From the NCBI RefSeq assembly GCF_964355755.1, contig NC_092673.1:13550948-13614947 (forward strand): a DNA stretch of 64,000 bases. Reading direction: 5' to 3'. Made by a program: the position numbers and the translations under genes. Shown piece after piece: positions 26,255 through 39,289 of this stretch (position 1 is the first letter of the stretch; every line of letters begins with the position of its first letter). Source of the stretch: Antedon mediterranea (lineage: Eukaryota > Animalia > Echinodermata). The notes below the pieces were generated by a model. It was not told the origin of the DNA, made no database searches, and worked only from the letters and a program-made list of their open reading frames with translations.

Positions 26255-26691
26255 ATTCAACTATATGGTTCCATTTTATTTCATTTTCATTAATGACGAA
26301 AACATGGCGCTTTAAGTTATTTGTTATATTTTTGAGAATGTGCGATGGGTCATACATACAAAACATTTTCTGCATTTAAGTACCATCCATTCTATGTAAG
26401 GCTTATTTTCACTTACCACTATTCATTGAACATTCTCCTGTCATCATTTATGATGAGCCCAGTCTTTTGGTAGCAAATTAATGCACTCCTTTAATATACT
26501 CATTTGTCTGTAACCTGACGTTGCCCTTGCAGACAGAAAGTAACCCAAAGGTTGTTTCCATTTAGTGTAGGCCTTCATCCCTCTAACCATGAAAACCAGG
26601 ACAACCTTTTTAAGTTCTTCCAAGACTGCCAACATCTTCCATACCTTCAATTATATCTTTACATCATAATGTAGAGCACCTTTGATACTCA
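26255..26691 (-). pseudogene. P-element/THAP9-like transposase fragment
   Basis: MSIKGALHYD, LVFMVRGM..KWKQPLGYF, YDPSHILKNITNNL, IKWNHI. Confidence 0.8.
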
Positions 26692-27980
26692 TTATCTCAG
26701 TTCTAGACGTTTTTGTGTATAACGTTTTAACTCATGTTATATAACTAAACAACTTAGTACCTATTTGATATTGCCTAAAGTAGCAGTAATATGACATGGA
26801 CCGGGGACATTACTTGCCCCAATCAAAGTATCGTTATCTCAGTTATAAACATTTATGTGTATAACGTTTTAACTCATGTTATATAACTAAACAACTTAGT
26901 ACCTATTTGATATTGCGTAAAGTAGCAGTTATATGGCATGGACCGAGGACTTTAGTTGCCCCAATCCAAGTATCGTTATCTCAGTTCATGACGTTTATGT
27001 GTATAACGTTTTTTACTCATGTTATATAACTAAACAATTTAGTACCTTTTTGATATTGCTTAAAGTAGCAGTTATATGGCATGGACCGGGGACATCACTT
27101 GCCCCAACCCAAGTATCGTTATCTCAGTTCTAGACGTTTATGTGTATAACGTTTTAACTCATGTTATATAACTAAACAATTTAGTACCTATTTGATATTG
27201 CTTAAAGAAGCAGTTATATGGTATGGACCGGGGACATCACTTGCCCCAACCCAAGTATCGTTATCTCAGTTCTAGACGTTTATGTGTATAACGTTTTAAC
27301 TCATGTTATATAACTAAACAATTTAGTACCTATTTGATATTGCTTAAAGTAGCAGTTATATGGTATGGACCGGGGACATTACTTGCCCCAACCCAAGTAT
27401 CGTTATCTCAGTTCTAGACGTTTATGTGTATAACATTTTAACTCATGTTATATAACTAAACAACTTAGTACCTATTTGATATTGCTTAAAGTAGCAGTTA
27501 TATGGAATGGACCGGGGACATTACTTGCCCCAACCCAAGTATCTTTATCTCAGTTCTAGACGTTTATGTGTATAACGTTTTAACTTTTGTTATATAACTA
27601 AACAACTTAGTACCTATTTGATATTGCTTAAAGTAGCAGTTATATAGCATGGACCGGGGACATTACTTGCCCCAACCCAAGTATCGTTATCTCAGTTCAT
27701 GACGTTTGTGTATAACATTTTAACTCATGTTATGTAACTAAATATTTTAGTACCCATTTGATATTGCTTAAAGTAGCAGTCATATGGCATGGACCGGGGA
27801 CATTACTTGCCCCAATCCAAGTATCGTTATCTCAGTTCTAGACGTTTAAGTGTATAACGTTTTAACTCATGTTATATAACTAAACAATTTAGTACCTATT
27901 TGATATTGCTTAAAGTAGCAGTTATATGGCATGGACCGCGGACATTACTTGCCCCAACCCAAGTATCGTTATCTCAGTTC
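26692..27980. repeat. Tandem array, 142-bp unit, 9 full copies
   Basis: TTATCTCAGTT recurs at 26692, 26834, 26976, 27119, 27261, 27403, 27545, 27687, 27827 and 27969. Confidence 0.97.
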
Positions 27981-28108
27981 ATATATTTATGTTTATTCAA
28001 TATATAAAAAGATACAACATTTTAAAGTTGTTTTACAATCCATAATTATAAGTTTAATAATAATAATTCCCTTGGTCCATGGTGTCTAATGGCTACTTTA
28101 AACAATAT

Positions 28109-31100
28109 TTACAACACAAATACTACATGATACATTGGTTTAGGCAAGTGAGGTCCAGGCCTAATATTATAGATATTGGGATAATGTTTGGACCACATGT
28201 GCTGACTTCTGTCATAGAAGCTTTCTAACAAATATACAAGGTAGCCTGGTTGTTCACCTCTTTGGAGGGTGAATGATGAACTTCTATCGTACAGATCATC
28301 TTGCATGTCATCGTATGTTACCCACGTGTCCCCTTCTCTCAACCTACATTTGAAATGTGATGTCGTATGTATCGTAAACGCCTGTAGCGTATATCTGTAT
28401 TAGGGAAAACATATTTTGTTAGAGTTATCTTCTTTTTTTTTCTCTGTAGTGGTTAACCACCACCTTTATACATTCAGTCTTTCATACCTATTTTATTCAT
28501 ATTTCATTTTTGTACTATTTTTTCTCTTATCTCTTTAAGAGTTACAGTGTATGTACTGTTCAATGTTAGGGTGTAAATATAGGAACACTTTGGGATCATT
28601 GAAAGTAGGCATATATGTTATACCAATTTATAGTGCCTTGTGTTCGCTTCTAGAATGTTGTTTTAAATGATTTTCCGTTATTCGGATTTCCCTTATCACT
28701 TTCTTTTACAAATTTCTAATGCTAAAATCGCGGATTACTCATTCTTGTGATATATATTCTTTGATTCAGGGCATGGCCTAGTTAGACACGTTTTTGGTAG
28801 TTGACATGTGTGGCCGCACCGTCAAACACTAGCTTGGTTATTGTATGAAGTTAATGGGGACTGAGACGAGATTGAACATTCTACTAGAATAAGGTATATA
28901 GGCAACAAGAGTCATGGCTTAATATACCAACCTTTGTTCTTTAACGATTATCACCTCTTGATAAAACAGTGTAATCGTAGACGTTCCTTCGTCTTCATCG
29001 CTTACGTCGGTACTTATTATGCTTAATACAGGATTGATGAAAAGTATTGGAGGGACTCTGAAATTTGTAAATACCCGTGCACTCCGTTGCATTTCCTGTT
29101 TATTGTCAAACAAAAACTACGTAATATTTTTAGGGCAGTATATTTGTCTACAGCAATTAACCCTTTTTTAGATGTTAAAATTGCTATAAAGCTGTTTTAT
29201 CTGCTATGAAGTTGGATTGTTTTCATAGTTACATAGTATAGATAGTTATAATAAATAAGAGATGACACCATATTATAACCAAGGCATTCCAACAAAAGGA
29301 CTCTAAGCTCGCCTTGTCCAGATATGAACTATTAACAGTCCTTTGATCTTACGTCCGACTGCGACAAATACCAATATATGTACATATTCGCCACATTTCA
29401 TGTCGCAGCCACAGATAAACCCTTTGATCTCCGGCGGTCAGCATCATGTTGTTAGATTGCCTTGATATATAACGTAACGAAATTGCAACATGGGATCTAT
29501 CACTGTGGTTAAAACACTGCCTTACTTAACATTCGGCAAATTACCGAAATGTGAGAATATTACCATACCTGTTAGACGATAGAGCAAAACCACACGGTGA
29601 TATAACGGAAGGGTGTATCCAATAATTCAGAGCTTCTTGAACAGTCGCTATTCTTCTGTCTTCTGGCATTCTATAAAAGGGAAAAGAACACAATTATAAA
29701 ATGTTGAAAACATGTGACGTTGTTTGCAGTGTGTTTACACCCTAAAACTAAAACATTATTAACAATTTATTTACATTCGGACCACTTTTTAAACGCTTAA
29801 GAGCGCACTGTTTCAATAAGTATTGTTAATCATGCAATTCTGTCACTATGTTTTAGTCGCGTGTGTTCAACGCGACTCTACAGCTCACTCTATCGGTCGG
29901 ATGGTCGGTCGGTTGATCGGATGGTCGGTCGGTAAACACTAACTCAAATTTGAGTACGCGACTGCTGTATATGGCCTTGTTAGTATTAGGAATATTTTTT
30001 ACGTGTAAGTTATTGAATTGTAACTGTGTATTGTTTACTGAACTTACCCTAACTCAATGGACGGGCTACGGATATTCCTTATCTTCTTGACACACAGAGG
30101 ATTTGAACATTCAGACTGTTGGATATTTTCTTGAAAGATGGACATATGTCGCACAAAAAAGTTGTACTCCGATCCAAAAGCATCTATGTTCTGCCGTTTC
30201 CGTTGTGTAAGTTGTATGTTGTGGACTTCACAAAGCCATCTGACTTTCGCCAACGACCATTGACCTTGGTTGTAATTGTTCACAATATTTTGCAACAACT
30301 TGCACATGTCACCTCCATGATCTTCTATGGTTTTGTACAGCATAGGAACATTTAGGATAAGCCTAGACAGTATAAGTAGCAAGTTGTCTATAGTGCATGT
30401 GTTTTGTATAAAACAATGAACACCACGATAGACAACTTGCCCACCCCATATTGGAATATTATTTGACATATGGGAGTCATTGCTGCAGAATGCATTGCCT
30501 TGGCTTTTACTCCTTCGTTTCCAAATTTCTTCCGGATTCTCTATGTCTTCTTTACTGGACTTTTTTTTGACTTGGTTTTGTTCCTGGCAGTGGGTGTGTT
30601 TACTGAAGCGGATTTGGTATCTGGTTCATTGGATTTTCCATTTTTTCGGTTAGTTTTACATTCGGATTGTGATGCGCTTCCTAATTTACTTGCATTTTCC
30701 GTATTTTGTGGAACGTTTTCCTGTGCCATCCGATTTTTATTATTTGAACGTCTTTTCTTTGGTTGTGGGAGCCCATTCTTTGGTTTTGAGAAGTACTTTC
30801 CCGGCTTAGTTCTTCGAACGTGTTCCTGTGTTTTCCCCTTAACTTTTCGCTTCTTGCTTTCTTTGAGATGTACTTCAGCTACTCTTCCGGTAATATTAAG
30901 GTAGGATTTGCGTATGAAGTGTGCTGGTCGTAAGCGTTGACGGTTTCCCCCGAGATAATCTTTTTTGACGTTCCCAAACCAATTTTCAATAACAGCATTT
31001 GTAGCTCTATTAATTACATACTGGTTTGTGGCTTGCAGTTTCCTTCCCGTATATTCTGTTTAGGTCTCCGGGAACATTGCGCTCCATAGCGGGAATATAT

Positions 31101-31745
31101 GCAAGAATTGGTCGAGTATAATTTTTGCTAGTCCTTCAGTGTAGTATGGATTCTGTTCAGGATCAACCGGTGTATGGTCATCGTTGACACTTTCGTAAAC
31201 TTCATTAAATGTTACGTACCAAGGCGATGATTTCCTGATTGTTGCAGATCGCTCTTGACATGCGTATTCTGCTTTCACATGCGATGCTGTAGGTGTCTTG
31301 CTAATTAGATTGTTCATGTACTTCACTGATGCATCAACCGATGTCGACGCTGTTTTGGTGTTTAGTATAACACACAAATGCCTGAAAATTGTTGATGCAT
31401 CTTCCAGTTTATACTGAGTTTGTAGTGCGGCGAAACAGTATAATACGAACTGTCTCTTCTTAACGTCAGTTGAAAGACTTTTCAATTTGCGCGAAACATC
31501 ATGAATCATGTGTGCAGCACAAATGTGCGGATAGGTATAGCCTTTAATTTCATGAACACTCCCGTGGGCAATGCGCCACGTTCGTTGCAAATATCCTTTG
31601 CAATCTTCTGAATTGAAGCTTCGCAAGACTGCTTTAATAAGGGCCCATGAATAGTCGATCTCAACTCGTCTTGGTACCACTGACGCCACAGGCCTGGTTC
31701 GGCTTACGGTATTCAGAAAACGCTCCAGAAAATGTTGTATTTCCG
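28109..31745 (-). pseudogene. NOF-FB-like (Mutator/Foldback) transposase with a C-terminal USP-like cysteine protease module; 5'-truncated, with few disablements
   Basis: PRRVEIDYSWALIKAV..FN, HICAAHMI, FPLWS and RATNAVIENWFGNVKKD (NOF-like), then IWGG..QNTCTIDNLL. GT-AG exons: ..-30048, 29670-29569, 29095-28955, 28394-28109 (YTLQAFTIHTTSHF..WVTYDDM..YLVY). Confidence 0.7.
29851..29980 (+). mobile_element. Mini DINE-1/HINE-like element (~130 bp) in an intron
   Basis: TTTTAGTCGCGT..ACGCGACT 5' palindrome, (GGTC/GGAT)n microsatellite, 3' subTIR ACGCGACT, end CCTTGTT. Confidence 0.75.
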
Positions 31746-32600
31746 AGGCATGCTACTGGTACTGGTTCAAATAACCGTCTCACAGAGACATCTGGTAGCC
31801 ATTGACTTAAAGTTGGCATTTGGATGTGTTACTTTTAAATGTACAGTACGAGAGTGACTACTACCAAATTGCACAGTCACAAAACAACTTATAAAACAGT
31901 TCATATACAGTTAAAACATTGCTGGGAATTATAAATTTCTGTTGAAGCAGGCTCCAATGAAGTTGCATCTAGGTCTTTAGTACAGTACCGTATGCATATT
32001 AAACAAGTTCTCAATATAAATATGGAATACAGTATTTAACATATTTTTATTTTAGTTTCAGTATCTATTTAAGATCACAATTATGAAATATACTAAGTAT
32101 AGTACAAAATGCCAAATTATAATTCCTGAACAATAAAGATAACAATGAATTGTTAATTACAGGCAATATAAGGCAATAAACCAAAATTTTATTTTTATTG
32201 AATACAGTATCAATATGTGAAAATGGTTTCTTAATAGTTTAGCTGGTGCAAGTGTGTTTCACGTATTTATCATTAAATACAGTTTTTTTTTTTATATTTT
32301 GATGAATTTACAATTTTTGATTCAAATTTTTTCATAAAATAATATTGATGGAAAACATACCTTCTGGATTTCTTACAAACTGCCTTGAAGGTCCGGGTTC
32401 ATCTGTAAAAAAGTGTTTACAGTTTACTATACTGAACAGTAAAGAGTCATTAGTATTTAATTTCTAAAAAGCCAGTGCATGCAAATTATTTTCACAAGTT
32501 TACAAAATAAGTCTACGAAAAGAAAGCTACAATCAACACATTCAGTTCTGATTATTGTATAGTACCCATGTTACCAGTACTGTTAATGTTAAAATTATAT

Positions 32601-34432
32601 TTAGGTGATCATTTAGAATAAAATGATCACATATTGTTATTGTATGAAATCTTTATTTTTATTTTTTTCCTTTCTGTACACTTTTTGTGTAACAATTATC
32701 TCAAAAAGTTGAATGACAATGATCACAAAAATTTCACAATGTCTTTCAAATACTTTAACTTAGTCATAATAAGCTTTTCAGCGTGATCACTCATCCGTGA
32801 CGTCACTTATACGCCATTTTGTGAAATCACATTATCAATCATATCTCCATAATTCATTATCACATAATTATTAATGAAATTCACTACACGTAAACTTCAG
32901 GTCAAGTGTAAAAATATTAGCAAATAAAAACTTGCACGTTTCAAGGTCATGCGCATGAAATCGCGCGTTAAAAATTTAAAAAGCTCAAAATTAAGTTTTG
33001 ATCAATTTAGAGCATGAATTAAGCCATTTGCGTGTTTCAAAAAATACTGAACGTGTTTTTGAGCGTGCGTACATAGGAAGCGTAAAAAATATCAAATTTT
33101 TGTACAAATTGCATTATACTCATCTTCCTTAGTACATTCACCAAATTTGAGTTCATTTTGACTTAAAATAGTGCTATACGAGCACATTGAAAATGACAAA
33201 ATGTGCACATTAATTGTACAAAAGTGCTAAAAATGGTACAAAATAAGGCCTTTTTAAAATGAATATAACTCCTCAGAATGGAAGATGACCCCCATTTTTT
33301 TTAACTTATTATGGAAGCCAATGAGTTGTAGATATAAATGTATATACACATTAGACGTACAAAATGGTATGATGTCATCATTTGGCCACATGACTTTTTA
33401 AAATAGGGTTTTTTCCCCTTTTGTCATAGACCACCATATTCAACAGAGTGCAGCTTGCTTATCTGTGATCGATTTTCTTTTAATTTTTAATTTATTCTAC
33501 CTCAACCAATTATGTTACTCATGAGTTACCAATATTTTCATTTTGACACGTCTTAAAATTTGAATAACGGTGATTACGTAATTTCACCTACAACGTATAT
33601 TTGAACACCTTACAGCTCTTCTGAATTAAAGTTGACCTTGATGTTTATAACTTATTATGAGAGCTGGTGAAATGTAGATATGAATTCATATACAAATTAA
33701 GCCCATCTGATGTTGTAACGTTATCATATGGCCAGTCGTACAAAAAAGTAGTTTTTAAATTTCTTTAGTCAAAGTTATACAAATTTCAAAGAGCACCCTC
33801 ACCGCGCTTCTACGTGCCAAATTTTCTTCAAATTGTTATATTTTATTGCTCAATTCATTATCTTTCGATATTGTTATCCACAAGTTTATTTTGATAATGT
33901 CATACCAAAAAGTTAGATCATGATGAAACGTAACCGCTTTTGTTTATTTTTATAGCTCACGCATGTATTTTTAATGCTTTTATATAAACTTTAAATCATC
34001 GTTAGTGCAATATAATAATAAATCATATAATATAATTAAATAATAATAATATTTATCTAATTTTAACAATTTTTAGCCAACTTTTTGTGTGTGTTTTGTA
34101 AATTGTATTTTATATTTATATTTTTGTATTTTGCCAGTTTTCAAATCACATTTCTGTTTTTTTTTAAATGGACAATAAAGTATATATGACTATGACTATG
34201 ACTATGTGTCCGTAATTTCACCAATGCTACACTGTATTTAGATATACAGTATATACTGAACATAATATGGCATATAATAGGCACAACTCAGCACTATAAG
34301 CGTATAATAGGATGGCATGAATCAACATTTTCCGATTGTATGTTAACGTACGTGCATGTTTAAACAATATTAACAGTAAAATCATAAAAATGATCACCTA
34401 TAATTCGTCAAAGTGACGAATTAAATTCCAGT
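32601..34432 (+). mobile_element. HINE A2 (same family as A1)
   Basis: Same 5' AGGTGATCATTT palindrome and same 3' subTIR plus hairpin; body similar to 21637-23110. Confidence 0.88.
33926..34205 (+). mobile_element. Retroposon 3' end inserted in HINE A2
   Basis: Absent from A1 at the equivalent site; ends in AATAAA plus a (GACTAT)n tail. Confidence 0.65.
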
Positions 34433-36221
34433 TCATATTACAATTGTTTTGTTAAATGTAGTTTGGTGGTTCTAAATGGTGATTGAGTAATTCTTGTTCA
34501 TGTCTTGGTCACTCAAACCACATTGGATATGCTATGAGAATGTAGTTTGGAATGTACGTCACAGCAAGCTGGAAATTCTTGATGTGATTTAGCAAAAAAG
34601 GGCCATAATGATCAGCAGAATACTTCTTTGTTTATTGTAATCACTGTGCCTTTCCCTGTAGGTGGCCTCATACACACTCTAAACTGAATTGTGTGGTAAA
34701 TGTAAAATTGCGACTCAATTAGTACAGTTTTTCAGTGTGGTGTATAAAAACTATAAGATGCAGGCTAACAAAAAATGAGTGATATTACAAAATTAGATAT
34801 ATATATATGCCTATGCCATTTCAGCATTTAATTTTGCCTTTGAAGTCTGACCAGGAGTACAGTATCATAAAACTTGGTGGAATTGATAAAATAGATGATA
34901 ATACCAAATTACCTTCTTGATATTCAACTGTCTGTCTTGATGTTCCAGGATTATCTGTAAAAAGTTTCATACTGTAAATGGTATTTCTAAACTTTCCTTC
35001 ATAAAAAAATACAAAAAATTGATTTTCACCACTGGTTTGGTACTATTCCATCTTTTCACTCTACTGCTAGCTTAAAAATTTTACTTTTTACACATTAACC
35101 AATCACCACTCAGTTTGTATCCTGATGGAAACATTGGGTAATCATAATAATTCCAATAAATCATCGGTAAAAATGAGCTTATTTCTTTCCTTTTAACTTT
35201 CTTGATTAGTCCTTCAGTTATTAATATTAAAAATGTTTCCATTGTTTTTTATCGATATTATAAATAATGGATTAACAAATTCATCAAATGACAGTCTAAT
35301 CATACAAGATCATTACTTCCAACTATTTAAACTAACAGTAGTTAAACATTGTATACTCTATTTCTAACAAATTTCAATCTTCTATCAACTAAAGACAAAG
35401 TTTAGTCATTGTCTTGGACCACTCTATAGTCACCACCAGGTGGGCTTTCTTCATCAGTGCTTCTATGAATGGATTATTTGGGAGCAGGAATGCTAGTGGA
35501 CCAAACTCTTATGACTTAATAATAATCAATGAAATCAATCAATAAATAATACTAAATAAACCGAATATCCTGAATTAAGCACAATATGAATAAAAATACC
35601 TTTTGAAGTTTTTGACCTTTTTGTTGATGGCCTGGCATCACCTGTAAAAACAATTTTTTTAAAGTTAATAAACAATAATGTTATTTTATGTTACATTTAG
35701 CACAATAAATTTGTTGATGATCCAGCATCTCCTGTAAAAAGCAAATTATTATTAATTTTGACCAGTATAGGCTTTCATTAAATTGAAATTGTACTGAACA
35801 AGAATATATAAAATACAGGGTGTCTAAAATGCCACTGCAAATACCCAATACCATCAAATATACACACATACTGAGGGTATAAACAGAGAAATGGTATTTC
35901 CAAACAAGAAAATGGTAACATGGATTATATAAACATACCTTCTGAACTTTTTGAACTGATTTCTTTTTGTCTAGCTTTACCTGTAAGAATTAGTAAGCAC
36001 AAAGTAAATTTTAGTAAATAGAATAAATATAAAAAATCAGTGATATCTTTAATCAATTTACAGTGATGTTACTATCGATTTTTGCCTAATTTGTTTTTAT
36101 TCAATTTGTATTTGTTGCATGCAAATCTGAAATATGAATAAATCTTCCATATAAATATCTTTCTTCAATACTTTGCAAAGTGATTTAAACAAATTACAAC
36201 AAATCTTTAAAAATGCTTCTT

Positions 36222-36520
36222 AGGCCCCGTTTCTGCTGCCAAAAATATACCGTATATATACGGTATATTTTATATACGGTATATTTTTTGGCAGCAGAAA
36301 TGGGTCTCATAAAAAATATACCGTATATATTTGCGGTATATATACTGCATAAATATCCCCATCGTTTGTGGATATTATACGGTATATTCCAAAATATACC
36401 GTATATTTCGTTCCCCGTTTCTGCTGCACTCAAAATATACCGTAAATGTGACCCGACTCATGACACGAGGTCAAAAACTAACAGAGCGCGACGCGTTTGT
36501 TTTGGTTTTTCTGCTGCATT
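36222..36520. mobile_element. Palindromic MITE-like end (Harbinger-type?)
   Basis: CCCGTTTCTGCTGCCAAAAATATACCGTAT with an inverted copy ending near 36305. The TTTCTGCTGC motif repeats near 36418 and 36508. Other end not located. Confidence 0.5.
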
Positions 36521-37113
36521 GAAAGTTGAAAAACACGTGTAAAAGCAAGCAACAGATCAAAATGTCACTGTGGACCGAACAAATCACTATTTTTGCAATT
36601 CAATTGTGGGGGGAAGCGAAAGTTGGGGGGAGACTGCATGGCAACAGAAGAGATACCGAGATTTTAATTACAATAAATCGAATGTTCTTACAAGACAACA
36701 ACGTGATGTAAAATCATGGTAAAATACTGTATAATAGAAAATGGAAATTAAAACGGCAATATAGGATAATATAGCATAATATAAACTCAATTAGGTATAT
36801 GCCATCCATCGTTCTTGTTTTTTACTCGGACTACAAAATTTTCACGTAACAAGTTAATTCTAGTGGGCATTTCTAACATTTCTTCACCAAAATGTTCTTC
36901 TTCATCATACACTGCCTGGAAATTAAGTCAAACTTAGTCTAGGCATTCAATCTAATAATTTGCTATATCTTTCCAAACACACCAAATGATACTTTTTTTT
37001 TAACACCTTGCCAAAACCTAACATTTTCATCCATGTGAAATGAATCAAATTTACCACACATCGACCATTGTGTAAGTAAAAATGTATGTCCTTGTCATCA
37101 GTTCCTAGCTTAA

Positions 37114-37739
37114 AGCCCCATTCCCTACGTTTTTTAGATCTAATTTAAGATCACAAACTATATTTAATGTAAAAATAATACTATATGGTCCTATTGCGAT
37201 AACTTTTTTCGTCTTTAAACGGTTAAAAATGTGAAAAATAAATCGATTTTAATAATTATAGCGGCCCGCTATAAATCCCAAAATGCATTGCGCGCGGATT
37301 GATATTGTTGTTTTTCACCTGTAATTCGCCCACTTTTCGATCGATCGTGAAGCCAAAACAAATGGAAGACTCCTAACTTTTCAGCGAAAATACCGGGTTT
37401 TCCCCAATTTGTATCAACGGAGTCTGGCAAAAATAGAAAGACAATTAATGCAGCAACTATACAACGTCAGGCTAGGTATATAGCTAGCGTACGATGTTCG
37501 TACGTTACCAATGTTTACCAGCTAGGCCTACAAAACTAAGCCTAGCTAGGCTAGGCCTGAGACCGTCCACGAGAGGTCGATCGCCGCGAGCTACTTAGGT
37601 AGTGCATTGTTTCTCACTTTTTATCATAATTTACCATAAAACGTACATTTAAGACAAGGAATGACATGGTTTAATGTTTTTAAAGTGATATATATGTATT
37701 ATTTTCCAAAAAACGTCCAAAATTGCAGGGAAGGGGTCT
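37114..37739. mobile_element. Kolobok-type MITE
   Basis: TTAA TSD (37110-37113, 37740-37743); TIR AGCCCCATTCCCTAC / GCAGGGAAGGGGTCT. Removing it restores the ZU5 reading frame (KWVK-LGTD). Confidence 0.85.
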
Positions 37740-38224
37740 TTAACCCATTTCCATTTTTTTTTTAAAGTAAATTCCGAGAATTCTTCATTTACAGCTTTGT
37801 ATGGAAATGACAGGATACAATAGTTTTTGAAGACTGTGCCTGGTGGTCCACATCTGACGGTAGAGGAAACTATTGTTTCAAATTTGTTTTAATACAAGAT
37901 CTTTTGTTTTGTCCCAAACATTTTCTATAGAAATATCAACTTTCTTTCCCTCTTCAATTGCTCCTGGATTTATGACTAATTGTATGTCTTCATCCTTAAG
38001 GTAAAGAGTACCACCTGTACAGTCCACAACTTTTGTAATTTGCTGGATTAAACAGAAACCTGTGCAGTTAGTAAGAACAATACAATAATTTGTGCATCAA
38101 ACTAAAACTGATGGGTTTAATTTTTAAATGAGTGTAAAAAGTCTTATATATAAACTGTTTATACTTATTTCACAATTCATTAAAATTCATGTAAATTCAC
38201 ACTTTATATAGTTACACTGGTTGA

Positions 38225-38470
38225 ACACTTGAGCAAGTATTTAATTTATCATTTATTAATGGGATCTTTCCAGATGCTCTGAAAATAGCAAAAGTGTATC
38301 CTATTTTTAAGAAAAGAGAAAAAGATGTTATAAACAATTACAAGCCTATTTCTGTTCTCCAATTTTAGCCAAAATATTTGAAACATTTGTTAATGTCCGA
38401 ATGTTAGAATTCCTCGAAAATCACCATATTCTCTATGATCACCAATATGGATTTATGAAAAATAGCACAG
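38225..38470 (+). mobile_element. L2/CR1-group LINE RT fragment
   Basis: GIFPDALKIAKVYPIFKK..NNYKPISVL..AKIFE..QYGF. Confidence 0.8.
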
Positions 38471-39289
38471 TATTAAAATCTCGGAGGAAATGGAATACAG
38501 ATATAAGCGAGATGCGCTAATGTGATGAGCAATAACGAAGGAGATGTACTGTCCCCCAAAAACATGAAAAATGAAGATTAATTAAATCAGATTTTGAATA
38601 TGTTATTTTGTAGTTTTAATAAAATTAATCACTTCCATAGAAAAAAAAACGGGAAAAAATAATGTTTTAACTTGTAAAATGACAAAATAAATAGTTAAAT
38701 TCAACCAAAAATCCATTGACTGGCAGCCAATTTGACCAAATACATTTTTTTCGATCCAATTTTTGGTAAAAGTGGATAACTATTATGTTACATTAAAATG
38801 GAATATTCAACAAAAAATGTTTAAAGAATTATTTTTTCATCTTTAAAGGGTGGACAATAATTCAAGAAAAAAACATAATTTATTGATTGATTGATTGATA
38901 ATAATACAAAAATGATGTTTTAAGAATATTGATAATATTAGGGACTATAAAGTATACTTAAAACAAGCTCACGATAAAGGATTCACAATAAAATCTATTC
39001 AGTAAAATTACTGTAGTCGAGTTATGACAAAAACGCAATGTTAGGTCAAATCATGCTTTGCTTTTTGAAAATCTAAAGACTAAAAACGAAATGTGTTTAT
39101 AGATTTTGTAAGTAAATGTAGTCTACGGTGTATATCATTGAATTTGTACGATTTTGAGTTGTATTTTGTGCACACTACCATTTCGTAGGGTCTTCCTTTT
39201 ACATGTGCGGTTTGTGGTTGTTTTCAGTTGTTTTTGGTTATTTTCGGTTGTTTTGGTAATTGGACTGACCCCCACTAGCCCCAAGCTTA

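Larger units (their letters stand above)
32361..38059 (-). pseudogene. ZU5(-UPA) domain gene relic (UNC5/PIDD-like) followed by 42-nt micro-exons
   Basis: Exon from 38059: VDCTGGTLYL..LVINPGAI...TIVSSTVRCGPPGTVFKNYCILSFPY...CVVNLIHFTW, with one frameshift and a Kolobok insertion. Micro-exons at 35980-35939, 35641-35600, 34954-34913 and 32402-32361; their linkage to the ZU5 exon is inferred. Confidence 0.7.

Noticed and set aside
26692-27980. CRISPR-like array
   Set aside because: The whole 142-bp unit repeats with no unique spacers, and the context is eukaryotic with no cas genes.
30470-30904. 144-aa hydrophobic plus-strand ORF and similar shadow ORFs (e.g. 4887-5195, 56287-57334)
   Set aside because: These are antisense shadows of real transposon coding sequence.
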